64,000 nt of DNA from Cenarchaeum sp. Lineage in GTDB: Archaea > Thermoproteota > Nitrososphaeria > Nitrososphaerales > Nitrosopumilaceae. The position numbers were made by a program, and so were the translations under genes. The notes under the pieces were generated by a model. The model ran no database searches. It was given only the letters and a program-made list of their open reading frames with translations, and was not told where the DNA came from. Position 1 is the stretch's first letter; every line of letters starts with the position of its first letter. Where the stretch lies: positions 192,001-256,000 of the forward strand of contig CBDESU010000001.1 of NCBI GenBank assembly GCA_965242695.1, given 5' to 3'. Shown here in pieces: positions 10,990-21,514 of this stretch.

Positions 10990-11322
10990 CGGCGGGGGCG
11001 GGCGGCGGCAGGGCGGGATGCGCCCACCGCAGCCGCCTTGACGCGCCGCATGCCTTGCCGCGCCCGCGCCGGCCCGCAACCTCGCGATCCGGGCATGCGT
11101 CAAGGCCGCGGCGCGGGGCGCCTGCATGCCGCACGGGCCTGCGTCCGGCAGCCCGTACCCTCCTGCGGCGGCAGGCGCCGCGGCGTCGCCGCCGCGTTGC
11201 GGCCTGGCAGGACACCTGCGATCGGGGCTGATCGCGTCCACGCCCTGCCGCACAGGGCAAATTTTGCGCCCACCGCCCCCAATTATGCGCATATATAGCC
11301 CGCCTAAAGCCGAAAATTTGTA

Positions 11323-14300
11323 ATGCGCGCAGGCGGATGGCTCTTGACTGCATCCCTTGCCGCCGTGTCCGTGGCGGCTGGCGGCGCAGCCTTGGACGGC
11401 GCCGACTGGCAGGATCTTGACGGGGTCGCTGCACAGCCTGCTGCCTGGCTTGGCATGCCGCTTATCGCGCCGGCCCATGCGCAGTCCGCCGATTCTGCGC
11501 ACTACGAGTTCGTCGGCAGGTTTGGCACCGACCTTGACGGGGACTCCAGGGCGTCGTCCCTGAAGGGAGTCGCAGTTGACCCCGATGGTTTGATACTGGT
11601 CCTAGTGCACGACCCCCAGACTTCAAACCGTACCGTGCGAGCGTTCAATCCCGACGGCACACTGTCGCACTTGATAAATCTCCCACAGTTTGTAAGTGTC
11701 TCGATCGACACGCCGACGGGCATCGCCTTCGCGCCGGGCCTGCCCCCAGACCCTCCACGGATCGCCATATCTGACAACAAGCGCAACGACGGCCGCATCC
11801 AGCTGTATAGCACGTCCGGCTCGTGGGCCCGGACGATCCCCGGCGTGGACGGGCCGCGGGCCGTGGCCGCAGATTCGTCCGGCAGGATAATCGCCGCCGC
11901 TGCAGGCGACAACAGCGTGCGCGCGTACTACCACAACGAAACCCTTGCCCTCAACATCACCGAGGCCGGCTCGCCGCCGGCCGCGCTGGCGAGCCCGATC
12001 TCGGTCGCCGCCGTCCCCGACGGCCGCATCGTCGTCCTAGAGCAGGCCGGCAGGATGCACGTGTTCCACCACAACGGCACGTTCGAGAGGTCGTTCGGGC
12101 CGCTCAATTCGAGCCACACGTACACGGCAGTCTCTGCCGCCCCCTACGGCCGAATCGCGGTGGCCGACAGCAGCCTCCCCGGAATACGGATTCTCGGCCT
12201 TGACGGCTCGTCGGCCGGCTCGTTCGGCACGCGGGGCTCGCAGCAGGGGCAGTTTGCCAACCCCGTCGCCCTGGCCATGTCGCCCAACGGAACCATTGTC
12301 GTCGCAGATGCAGATCACGACGCGGTCAGCATCCTCCGCGCCACCAACGACACGTCCGCTCCGCGCGCCCTCTCGGTCTCTTCGATCTCGCCGAACGGAA
12401 CGTACGGGGCCGGCTCCACGGTCGACGTGCGCGTCGAATTCTCAAAGCCCGTCGACGTCTCGCACCCGCCGGGCCACGAGTATGCGCCGTACGTGCAGCT
12501 GGAGACGGGCGAGCGGGACGGCCGCGCGCTGTACAAGGGCGGGTCGGGCACGAGCGCCCTCGTATTCGAGTACACTGTAGAACAGGGCCACGAGTCTGCC
12601 GACCTGTCGTACATGAACGCCACCTCGCTTATCCTGCCGCACCCAGACGCGACCATCACGTACCCCAACTACGGCGGCGATGCCGTCCTGGCGCTGCCCG
12701 TCCCCGGCGAGCGGGACTCGCTCTCAAGCGGCCACGACATCCTGGTTGCCGGCGGCCCCGGCGCGGCCGCCGCCCCTACGTCCGTCCACTACGAGCTGGC
12801 CGGCAGGTTCTCGGCCGCCTTGGGCGACGATACTCCGCGGTCCGCCCCCCGCGCGGCCGCGGCCGCATCCGACGGCTCGATCCTGGTCCTGGTGACCGAC
12901 ACCCACAGCTCCGACCGCTCCGTGCGCGCATTCCACCCGAACGGCACCCTGTCGCGCGAGATCGAGCCGACCTCGTTCCCCGCAAGCTCGTTCGTCGAGC
13001 CGACGGGCATCGCCGTTTCCTCCGCCCCGCCGGGCCGCATAGCCATATCCGACGACGACCGCAACAACGGCCGCATCCAGCTGTACAACGCGGACGGCTC
13101 GTACAACAATACGATCGCGGGCGTGGACGGCCCGAAGGCGGTCGCCGCCGGACCGGCGGGCCGAATAGCCGCAGTGTCCGCCGCGGGAGACGCCGCCAGC
13201 GTGCAGGTGTTCCACTCCGACAGGACGCCTGCCCTCTCCATAACCGCCGCCGGCTCGTCGTCGGGAATGCTAGCCGACCCCCGCGCGGTGGCGTTCGACC
13301 ACGGCGGCCGCATCGTCGTCCTCGAGCGATCCGGCGCCATCCAGATGTTCTCCCCCGACGGCGCGTTCGAAAGATCGTTCGGCCCGCTCGATGCATCGCA
13401 CCGCTACACGGGGATCGCCGCCGACCACGACGGCCGCATCGTCGTGTCCGACGCCAGTCTCCCAGGCATACGCGCGTTTTACCCCAACGGCACGCATGCC
13501 GGCTCGTTCGGCACACGGGGCACCATGCAAGGGCAGTTTGAAAACCCCGTAGCACTAGCTGCGGCCCCGGGCGGCCGCATCGCCGTAGTCGATGCCGATC
13601 ACAAGGCCGTCACCGTGCTGCGCGCCAGCGGCGACACGTCCGCTCCGCGCGCCCTCTCGGCCTCTTCGATCTCGCCGAACGGAACGTACGGGGCCGGCTC
13701 TACCGTCGACGTGCGCGTCGAATTCTCAAAGCCCGTCGACGTCTCGCACCCGCCGGGCCACGAGTACGCGCCGTACGTGCAGCTGGAGACGGGCGATGCG
13801 GACGGCCGCGCGCTGTACAAGGGCGGGTCGGGCACGAATACGCTCCTATTCGAGTACACGGTCGAGCGGGGCCACGAGTCGGCCGACCTGTCGTACAGAA
13901 ACGACGCCTCTCTCGTCCTGCCGCACCCCGATGCGGCCATCACCTACCCCAACTACGGCGGCAACGCCGTCCTGGTGCTGCCCGACCCGGGCGAGCGGGA
14001 CTCGCTCTCGCACGGCCACGACATCCGGGTGGCCGGGGGACACGCCGCGGCCGCCGCCCCGCCGTCCGTCCACTACGAGCTGGCCGGCAGGTTCTCCACC
14101 GCCCTGGGCGGCGACAACCACCGGCTGGCCCCGAGGGCGGCCGCGGCCGCGCCGGACGGCTCGATCCTGGCCCTGATGCGCGACGACCTTAGCACCGACG
14201 GCCTATCCGTGCGCATATTCGACCCGAACGGCACCCTGTCGCACCAGATCATACGCGGCGACTTTACCACGGCCTCTTCGTTCATCAAGCCGACCGGCAT

Positions 14301-17300
14301 CGCCGTGTCCTCCGCCGACGGCCGCATCATGATATCCGACGACGACCGCAACAACGGCCGCATCCAGCTGTACAACGCGGACGGCTCGTACAACAATACG
14401 ATCGCGGGCGTAGGCAGCCCGAAGGCGGTCGCCGCCGGCCCGTCGGGCCGGATAGTCGCCGCCGCAGGCGACACGGTGCGCGTGTTCGACGAGAACCGCA
14501 CGCTGATCTCTTCCATAGCCGAGGCCGGCTCGTCGTCGGGCAAGCTGTCCGGCCCGATCTCGGTAGCATCTTTCCCCGACGGCCGCATCGTCGCGCTCGA
14601 GCGGTCCGGCACCATCCAGGTGTTCGGCCCCGACGGCGCGTTCGAGAGGTCCTTCGGCCCGCTCGATGCATCGCACCGGTACACGGGCGTGGCCGCCTCA
14701 ACCGACGGGCGCATCCTCGTGTCCGACAGCAGCCTCCCGGGCATACGCATGCTCGGCCTGGACGGCACGCACGCCGGCTCGTTTGGGACGCGGGGGGATC
14801 TGCCCGGCCAGTTTGAGAATCCCGTCGCCGTCGCATCGGACCCCGACGGCCGCATCGTCGTGGCCGACGCGGCGAACAATGCCGTCAGCATCCTCGGGGC
14901 CACCAACGACACGTCCCTGCCGCGCGCCCTGTCCGTCTCGTCGGTCTCGCCCGACGGCGCGTACGGGGCCGGCTCCACAGTCGACGTGCGCGTCGAATTC
15001 TCAAAGCCCGTCGACGTCTCGCACCCGCCGGGCCACGAGTACGCGCCATACGTGCAGCTGGAGACGGGCGAGCGGGACGGCCGCGCGCTGTACAAGGGAG
15101 GATCCGGAACGCGCAACCTCGTATTCGAGTACACTGTAGAACAGGGACACGTGTCGGCCGACCTGTCGTACGCGGACGGCGCCTCGATCGTCCTGCCAAA
15201 TTCCAACGCAGCCATCACATACCCCCACTACGGCGGCAATGCCGACCTGGCCCTGCCCGTGCCGGGCTCGGCCGGCTCGCTGTCTGGCGGCAAGGCCATC
15301 CAAATCGAGGCGGCGCGCGCCGTCCCTGCCGCGCCCCTGGAACTCCACTACGAGTACGCCGGCGGGTTCTCGACTGCACTGGAAGGCGACTCCCACCGGC
15401 TGGCCCCGCGGGCTGTCGCCGCCGCCCCCGACGGCTCGATCCTGGCCCTGATGCGCGACAGCCACGGCACCGAGGGCCTCTCGGTGCGCATATTCGGCCC
15501 CGACGGCACCCTGTCGCGGCAGATCACACGCGGCGACTTGTTCCCCGCATCCTCGTTCATCGACCCGACCGGCATCGCCGTGGCCCCCGACGGACGCATA
15601 CTCGTGTCCGACGGCGACGGCCGCATCCAGATGTACAACGCCGACGGCTCGTACAGCGGGACGATCCCCGTCGCGGGGATCCCCCAGGCGGTCGCTGCCG
15701 GCGCGCCCGGTACGACGGCCGTTGCCGTTTCCACGCCTGGCGGAGGCGGCGCCATACGCGTGTTCGACGCGAACGGCACGCTGATCTTCTCCACAACCGA
15801 TGCCGGCTCGTCGTCGGGCATGCTAGAGGCCCTGCGGGCGGTCGCCGCCGCCCCCGACGGCCGCATCATTGCGCTTGAGCGGACGGGCACCGTCCACATA
15901 TTCTCGCCCGACGGCGCGTTCGAAAGATCGTTCGGCCCGCTCGACGCATCGCACCGCTACACGGGGATCGCTGCAGCACCCGGCGACGGCCGCATCGTCG
16001 TGGCCGACGCCAGCCTCCCAGGCGTGCGCATATTCGACCCGAACGGCATGCCTGTCGACTCGTTCGGAACGCCCGGCTCGCTGCCCGGGCAGTTTGGCGA
16101 CCCCGTTGCAGTCGCCGCAGCATACGACGGCCGCATCGTCGTGGCCGACGCCGCGGCCCGCACAGTCAGCCTGCTCGGGACGACGAGCGACACCGGCGTT
16201 CCCCGCGCCCTGTCCGTCTCGTCGGTCTCGCCCAACGGCACGTACGGGGCGGGCTCTGCCGTCGACGTGCGCGTCGAATTCTCAAAGCCCGTCGACGTCT
16301 CGCACCCGCCGGGCCACGAGTACGCGCCGTACGTGCAGCTGGAGACGGGCGAGCGGGACGGCCGCGCGCTGTACAAGGGCGGGTCGGGCACGCGCACCCT
16401 CGTATTCGAGTACGCCGTAGAACAGGGCCACGTGTCGGCCGACCTGTCGTACGCAGGCACCGCCTCGCTCGTCCTGCCCAATTCCAACGCGACCATCACG
16501 TACCCGAACTACGGCGGCAATGCCGCCCTGGCGCTGCCCCCGCCGGGATCGCCCGGCTCGCTCTCGGGCGGCCACGATATCAGGGTTGCCGGGATATCCG
16601 CAGTCGCCGCCGCGCCGCCCAACCGCCACTACGAGTACGCCGGCGGGTTCTCGGCTGCACTGGAAGGCGACTCGCACCGGCTGGCCCCGCGGGCGGTCGC
16701 CGCCGCCCCGGACGGCTCGATCCTGGCCCTGATGCGCGACAGCCACGGCACCGAGGGCCTCTCGGTGCGCATATTCGACCCTAACGGCACCCTGTCGCGC
16801 CAGATCGACCGCGCCGGCTTTTTCCCCGCGTCCTCGTTCATCGACCCGACCGGCATCGCCGCCGCCCCAGACGGCCGCATACTCGTGTCGGACAACGACT
16901 GCGGCGACCGCGGCAGCGGCCGCATCCAGATGTACAATGCCGACGGATCCTACAACGGAACGATCCACGCCGCGGGCGGCCCGCGAGCGGTAGCCGTTGG
17001 CGGCCCGTTCGGCGCGATAGCCGCTGCCGTCGCCGCCCCCGACGGCGGGCGCACATCAGGGTCCCTGGCAGAGGGCGCGTGCGTCTGGGACGCCCAGGGA
17101 GCAGCTGGCAATGCGCGCCTGAGCATCTACGGCGGCAGCGCCGGCAACCTCGTACGCGTATTCATAAACGGCACCCACGCCCTTGACATAACCGAGGTCG
17201 GCTCGTCTTCCGGCCTGCCCAACGGCACGCGGGCCGTCGCGGTCGCGCCCGACGGCCGCATCATTGCGCTTGAGCGGACGGGCACCGTCCACATATTCTC

Positions 17301-20300
17301 GCCCGACGGCGCGTTCGAAAGATCGTTCGGCCCGCTCGATGCATCGCACCGCTACACGGGGATCGCCGCCGCCCCCGGCGACGGCCGCATCGTCGTGGCC
17401 GACGCCAGCCTCCCAGGCGTGCGCATATTCGACCAGAACGGCACGCTCGCCGACTCGTTCGGAACGCCCGGCTCGCTGCCCGGGCAGTTTGGCGATCCCG
17501 TCGCCGTCGCCGTTGCATACGACGGCCGCATCGTCGTGGCCGACGCCGAGGCCCGTACCGTCAGCATCCTCGGCACCACTAGCGACACTTCCCTGCCGCG
17601 CGCCCTGTCCGTCTCGTCTGCCTCGCCCGACGGCGCGTACGGGGCGGGCTCTACCGTCGACGTGCGCGTCGAATTCTCAAAGCCCGTCGACGTCTCGCAC
17701 CCGCCGGGCCTTGAGAATGCGCCGTACATCCAGCTGGAGACGGGCGAGCGGGACGGCCGCGCGCTGTACAAGGGCGGGTCGGGCACGCGCACCCTCGTAT
17801 TCGAGTACACTGTAGAACAGGGCCACGTGTCGGCCGACCTGTCGTACGCGGGCACCGCCTCGCTCGTCCTGCCGCGCGACGATGTGGCCATCACGTACCC
17901 GAACTACGGCGGCGATGCCGACCTGGCCCTGCCCGTGCCGGGCTCGGCCGGCTCGCTGTCGGGCGGCAAGGCAATCCAAATCGAGGCGGCGCACGCCGTT
18001 CCGGCCGCGCCCCTGGATATCCACTACGAGCACGCCGGCGGGTTCTCGACTGCACTGGAAGGCGACTCCCACCGGCTGGCCCCGCGCGCGGTCGCAGCCG
18101 CCCCCGACGGCTCGATCCTGGCCCTGATGCGCGACCACCTCAGCACCGACGATCTTTCCGTGCGCGTATTCGGCCCCGACGGCGCCCTGTCGCGCCAGAT
18201 CGACCGCGCCGGCTTTTTCCCCGCGTCCTCGTTCATCGACCCGACCGGCATCGCCGTGGTCCCCGCCGACGGCCGCATCGCGATATCCGACGACGACCGC
18301 GGCAACGGCCGCATCCAGATGTACAACGCCGACGGCTCGTACAACGGGACGATCCCCGTCGAGGGCGCCCCGCAGGCGCTCGCCGCGGGCGGCCCGTCGG
18401 GCATTACAGTCGCCGCCTCCGCCGACGGCCGCGACGGCGGCGCCGATGCCATACGCGTGTTCCAAAACGGCACCCTTGCCGTCTCCATAACCGAGGCCGG
18501 CTCGTCGTCGGGCGTGCTGTCCGGCCCGATCTCGGTCGCAGTCGCACCCGACGGCCGCATCATTGCGCTTGAGCGGACGGGCGCCATCCACGTGTTCGCC
18601 CCCGACGGCGCGTTCGAAAGATCGTTCGGCCCGCTCGACGCATCGCACCGGTACACGGGAGTGGCCGCCGCCCAAGACGGCCGCATCGTCGTCTCCGATG
18701 CCGGCCTCCCAGGCATACGCGTGTTTTACCAGAACGGCACGCTTGCCGACTCGTTCGGTACGCCGGGCACCCTGCCAGGGCAGTTTTCCGATCCCGTCGC
18801 CGTCGCCGCTGCATACGGCGGCCGCATCGTCGTGGCCGACGCCGAGACCCGGACAGTCAGCCTGCTCGGGATGACGAGCGACACGTCCGTGCCGCGCGCC
18901 CTGTCGGTCTCGTCGATCTCGCCGAACGGCACGTACGGGGCGGGCTCTGCCGTCTACATGCGCGTCGAATTCTCAAAGCCCGTCGACGTCTCGCACCCTG
19001 CCGCCATCGGGAACGTTCCGTACATCCAGCTGGAGACCGGCGTACAAGACGGCCGCGCGGTCTACAAGAACGGATCGGGCTCGAGCATGCTCGTATTCGA
19101 GTATGCGGTGGAGCAGGGCCATGCGTCCGACGACCTGTCGTACAGGGGCATACCGCCGACCCCTTGGCCGTACAACTCCACCCACGCATGGGGCGATCAG
19201 AACGGGACTACGATCGTGAGATTCTACCCGTCCGTCGTGCTGCCGTCCGACTCGATATCCATCACGTACCCGAACTATGGCGGCCGCGCTGTCCTGACGC
19301 TCCCCGACCCGGGCTCGCCAGGCTCCCTGTCGCACTCGGCAGACATCGTGATCTACACTCCTCCCCCTGCGAACGGCACGGCAACGAACGGCACGGCAAC
19401 GAACGGCACGGCAACGAACGGCACGACGCCCGGCGGCACGACGACGGGAGGCACGACAACGAACGGCACGACACCGGGAGTCACGACGCCAGGAGTCACG
19501 ACGCCAGGAGTCACGACGCCCGGCGGCACGACGCCAGGAGTCACGACGCCCGGCGGCACGACGCAGGGCCCCGATCCGCTGCTTCGCGTGCTCGAGACCG
19601 ACGGCAACGGCACCGTAACGCGATTCGGCATTGCCGCCTCTGACCTGCCGTCCGCCTCCGTCGGCCCCGACCCGGAGTCGAACACTGTCACCTTCCCGTC
19701 ATCCCGCACCGTCGCCGTGAGGGCCACGTTCGCCGAGGTGTACATCCCGCCGAACACTACGGCCAGGATGGTCCCGGCCGACGGCCTGCTAAAGCTGTAC
19801 GTCTCCTCCGAGACGCCTGCCGAACGCGAGGTTGCACTCGCGCTCGGCCTGGGCGCCTCGGCTAGGCTGGCGATCGAGAGGGTCGTCGAGATAGGCGACA
19901 CCGAGACGCACATCCTGTTCGACACGCCGATCCGCATAGTCCTCAGCGGCCAGGCCGACCGCGCGGCGTTCTACGTCAACAACACGGACGGCGGCGTGCG
20001 CCCGATCGACGTGCAGTGCCTGGCCGACGACACGGCATCCGTCCATGCACAGCTCGACGGCGCGGGCGAGTGCCACATCGACTCGGGCGCCAACAAGGTA
20101 GTCCACACGTACCACCTGACCCTGTTCGGCGCGGCCAGGGAACTCCCGCCGCAGGCGCCCTCGAGGCCGGCCCCGGTCGTCGTCCAGCCGCCGCCCAGCA
20201 CGCCGCAGCCGGGGGTGTTCTTTGGCGGCGGAGGCGGCGGAGGCGGCGGAGGCGGAGGCGGAGGAGGCGGCGGAGGCGGCATTGGCCCCGCATCCGGCCC

Positions 20301-21342
20301 CGGCATCGCACTGTACGAGGCTGTTTGGGACTGCCGCGAGGGGACGATCCGTGTGACTGCAAGCGCCGGGGACGGACCGAGCATCAGCATCCTGTCGTCA
20401 GAGGGCACGACCGACATGGAAGAGGCCGACGGGCCGCACCCCGCGGGCCGCACGGTCTACGAGGCGCCCCTGCCCGACGACCCGATACTGTCGATCAGGG
20501 CCGTGCAGGCCGACGGGAGGGCCGTCTCGTCGGCATCCGAGATCGTGCGAACCGGCGGGCAGTGCGCCGGCAGGGCCGACTTTGGGGCGCAGGGCGCGCC
20601 TGGGGCCGCTGTGGCGCAGCCGCTTTCCGACGGGCTGCCCGCGGACGGCACGGCCGGCGATGCCGCCGCCGCCGGCGATGCGCCCGCGGACCGGCAGAGC
20701 CCGCCGCCGCCGGCCTCGGGCGATGCGCCCGCGGACCGGCAGAGCCCGCCGCCGGCCTTGGACGGGGCAGCCGGAGACGGCGATGCCCCTGCCGCCGGCG
20801 AGCCGGCCGCTGATCAGGTCCAGCCGCCGCCGGCTGCGGACGAGCCGGCCGAGGATGGTTCGCCGCCCGCGCCGCCGGACGGCTTGGATGAACGGGCAGC
20901 CGGTGCCGATCCAGAGCCGGCGGCAACAGGGGACGGCGGCGGCGGAGGCTGCCTGATCGCGACTGCCGCGTACGGGACGGAGCTCGCCCCGCAGGTGCAG
21001 CGCCTCCGCGAGATCCGCGACGGCACGCTCATGACGGCCGAGTCGGGCCGCGCATTCATGTCGGCGTTCGGCGCCGCATACTATGCATTCTCGCCGCATG
21101 TGGCCGACCTTGAGCGCGGGCATCCAGCGCTCCGCCACGCCGTCGCCGCCCTTGCCGCTCCCATGCTCCTTGCCCTCCAGGTCGTCGATGCGGCCGAGCC
21201 GGGATCGGAGCACGGCGTCGCCGCGTACGGAACGCTCGCGATCCTGCTCGTGGCCGGCATGTACGTTGCGGCGCCGGCGGCCGGCGCGTGGTATGCCGTC
21301 CGCCTCGGCCGCCGGTCCCGCTCCGCCCTGCACTCGCACTGA
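11323..21342 (+). CDS. Giant surface protein: six (NHL beta-propeller + Ig-like) modules, Thr/Gly/Pro linkers and a CFI-box-CTERM anchor
   Basis: N-terminal signal region; NHL-like repeats (GQFxxPVAVAxxxDGRIVVAD); six PRALS..SPxGxYGAGS.V..RVEFSKPV domains; C-terminal GCLIATAAYGTELAPQVQRLREIRD followed by a TM helix and basic tail. Confidence 0.88.
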   Translation: MRAGGWLLTASLAAVSVAAGGAALDGADWQDLDGVAAQPAAWLGMPLIAPAHAQSADSAHYEFVGRFGTDLDGDSRASSLKGVAVDPDGLILVLVHDPQTSNRTVRAFNPDGTLSHLINLPQFVSVSIDTPTGIAFAPGLPPDPPRIAISDNKRNDGRIQLYSTSGSWARTIPGVDGPRAVAADSSGRIIAAAAGDNSVRAYYHNETLALNITEAGSPPAALASPISVAAVPDGRIVVLEQAGRMHVFHHNGTFERSFGPLNSSHTYTAVSAAPYGRIAVADSSLPGIRILGLDGSSAGSFGTRGSQQGQFANPVALAMSPNGTIVVADADHDAVSILRATNDTSAPRALSVSSISPNGTYGAGSTVDVRVEFSKPVDVSHPPGHEYAPYVQLETGERDGRALYKGGSGTSALVFEYTVEQGHESADLSYMNATSLILPHPDATITYPNYGGDAVLALPVPGERDSLSSGHDILVAGGPGAAAAPTSVHYELAGRFSAALGDDTPRSAPRAAAAASDGSILVLVTDTHSSDRSVRAFHPNGTLSREIEPTSFPASSFVEPTGIAVSSAPPGRIAISDDDRNNGRIQLYNADGSYNNTIAGVDGPKAVAAGPAGRIAAVSAAGDAASVQVFHSDRTPALSITAAGSSSGMLADPRAVAFDHGGRIVVLERSGAIQMFSPDGAFERSFGPLDASHRYTGIAADHDGRIVVSDASLPGIRAFYPNGTHAGSFGTRGTMQGQFENPVALAAAPGGRIAVVDADHKAVTVLRASGDTSAPRALSASSISPNGTYGAGSTVDVRVEFSKPVDVSHPPGHEYAPYVQLETGDADGRALYKGGSGTNTLLFEYTVERGHESADLSYRNDASLVLPHPDAAITYPNYGGNAVLVLPDPGERDSLSHGHDIRVAGGHAAAAAPPSVHYELAGRFSTALGGDNHRLAPRAAAAAPDGSILALMRDDLSTDGLSVRIFDPNGTLSHQIIRGDFTTASSFIKPTGIAVSSADGRIMISDDDRNNGRIQLYNADGSYNNTIAGVGSPKAVAAGPSGRIVAAAGDTVRVFDENRTLISSIAEAGSSSGKLSGPISVASFPDGRIVALERSGTIQVFGPDGAFERSFGPLDASHRYTGVAASTDGRILVSDSSLPGIRMLGLDGTHAGSFGTRGDLPGQFENPVAVASDPDGRIVVADAANNAVSILGATNDTSLPRALSVSSVSPDGAYGAGSTVDVRVEFSKPVDVSHPPGHEYAPYVQLETGERDGRALYKGGSGTRNLVFEYTVEQGHVSADLSYADGASIVLPNSNAAITYPHYGGNADLALPVPGSAGSLSGGKAIQIEAARAVPAAPLELHYEYAGGFSTALEGDSHRLAPRAVAAAPDGSILALMRDSHGTEGLSVRIFGPDGTLSRQITRGDLFPASSFIDPTGIAVAPDGRILVSDGDGRIQMYNADGSYSGTIPVAGIPQAVAAGAPGTTAVAVSTPGGGGAIRVFDANGTLIFSTTDAGSSSGMLEALRAVAAAPDGRIIALERTGTVHIFSPDGAFERSFGPLDASHRYTGIAAAPGDGRIVVADASLPGVRIFDPNGMPVDSFGTPGSLPGQFGDPVAVAAAYDGRIVVADAAARTVSLLGTTSDTGVPRALSVSSVSPNGTYGAGSAVDVRVEFSKPVDVSHPPGHEYAPYVQLETGERDGRALYKGGSGTRTLVFEYAVEQGHVSADLSYAGTASLVLPNSNATITYPNYGGNAALALPPPGSPGSLSGGHDIRVAGISAVAAAPPNRHYEYAGGFSAALEGDSHRLAPRAVAAAPDGSILALMRDSHGTEGLSVRIFDPNGTLSRQIDRAGFFPASSFIDPTGIAAAPDGRILVSDNDCGDRGSGRIQMYNADGSYNGTIHAAGGPRAVAVGGPFGAIAAAVAAPDGGRTSGSLAEGACVWDAQGAAGNARLSIYGGSAGNLVRVFINGTHALDITEVGSSSGLPNGTRAVAVAPDGRIIALERTGTVHIFSPDGAFERSFGPLDASHRYTGIAAAPGDGRIVVADASLPGVRIFDQNGTLADSFGTPGSLPGQFGDPVAVAVAYDGRIVVADAEARTVSILGTTSDTSLPRALSVSSASPDGAYGAGSTVDVRVEFSKPVDVSHPPGLENAPYIQLETGERDGRALYKGGSGTRTLVFEYTVEQGHVSADLSYAGTASLVLPRDDVAITYPNYGGDADLALPVPGSAGSLSGGKAIQIEAAHAVPAAPLDIHYEHAGGFSTALEGDSHRLAPRAVAAAPDGSILALMRDHLSTDDLSVRVFGPDGALSRQIDRAGFFPASSFIDPTGIAVVPADGRIAISDDDRGNGRIQMYNADGSYNGTIPVEGAPQALAAGGPSGITVAASADGRDGGADAIRVFQNGTLAVSITEAGSSSGVLSGPISVAVAPDGRIIALERTGAIHVFAPDGAFERSFGPLDASHRYTGVAAAQDGRIVVSDAGLPGIRVFYQNGTLADSFGTPGTLPGQFSDPVAVAAAYGGRIVVADAETRTVSLLGMTSDTSVPRALSVSSISPNGTYGAGSAVYMRVEFSKPVDVSHPAAIGNVPYIQLETGVQDGRAVYKNGSGSSMLVFEYAVEQGHASDDLSYRGIPPTPWPYNSTHAWGDQNGTTIVRFYPSVVLPSDSISITYPNYGGRAVLTLPDPGSPGSLSHSADIVIYTPPPANGTATNGTATNGTATNGTTPGGTTTGGTTTNGTTPGVTTPGVTTPGVTTPGGTTPGVTTPGGTTQGPDPLLRVLETDGNGTVTRFGIAASDLPSASVGPDPESNTVTFPSSRTVAVRATFAEVYIPPNTTARMVPADGLLKLYVSSETPAEREVALALGLGASARLAIERVVEIGDTETHILFDTPIRIVLSGQADRAAFYVNNTDGGVRPIDVQCLADDTASVHAQLDGAGECHIDSGANKVVHTYHLTLFGAARELPPQAPSRPAPVVVQPPPSTPQPGVFFGGGGGGGGGGGGGGGGGGGIGPASGPGIALYEAVWDCREGTIRVTASAGDGPSISILSSEGTTDMEEADGPHPAGRTVYEAPLPDDPILSIRAVQADGRAVSSASEIVRTGGQCAGRADFGAQGAPGAAVAQPLSDGLPADGTAGDAAAAGDAPADRQSPPPPASGDAPADRQSPPPALDGAAGDGDAPAAGEPAADQVQPPPAADEPAEDGSPPAPPDGLDERAAGADPEPAATGDGGGGGCLIATAAYGTELAPQVQRLREIRDGTLMTAESGRAFMSAFGAAYYAFSPHVADLERGHPALRHAVAALAAPMLLALQVVDAAEPGSEHGVAAYGTLAILLVAGMYVAAPAAGAWYAVRLGRRSRSALHSH
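19370..19563 (+). repeat. 15-bp coding repeats (TNGTA / TTPGG / TTPGV linker)
   Basis: AACGGCACGGCAACG and ACGACGCCAGGAGTC-type units inside the giant ORF. Confidence 0.85.
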
Positions 21343-21469
21343 TGCCGCGGCTGCATCGACTGCGGCCGACTGGCCGGCGTCCGCGCGCCGCCGGGATGTC
21401 CGATGAGGGATGCAGGCCGCAGCTGCTCCGCCGGGCGGCCGCACATTCGTGCATCCTGGGACGGCCATG

Positions 21470-21514
21470 CCCGCACCCGCACCCGCACCCGCACCCGCAC
21501 CCGCACCCGCACCC
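21470..21514. repeat. (CCCGCA)7 hexamer microsatellite
   Basis: Seven perfect copies plus CCC in the intergenic region. Confidence 0.95.

Noticed and set aside
11323-21342. Diversity-generating retroelement acting on the repeated modules
   Set aside because: No reverse transcriptase in the window, and the differences between repeats are not adenine-specific
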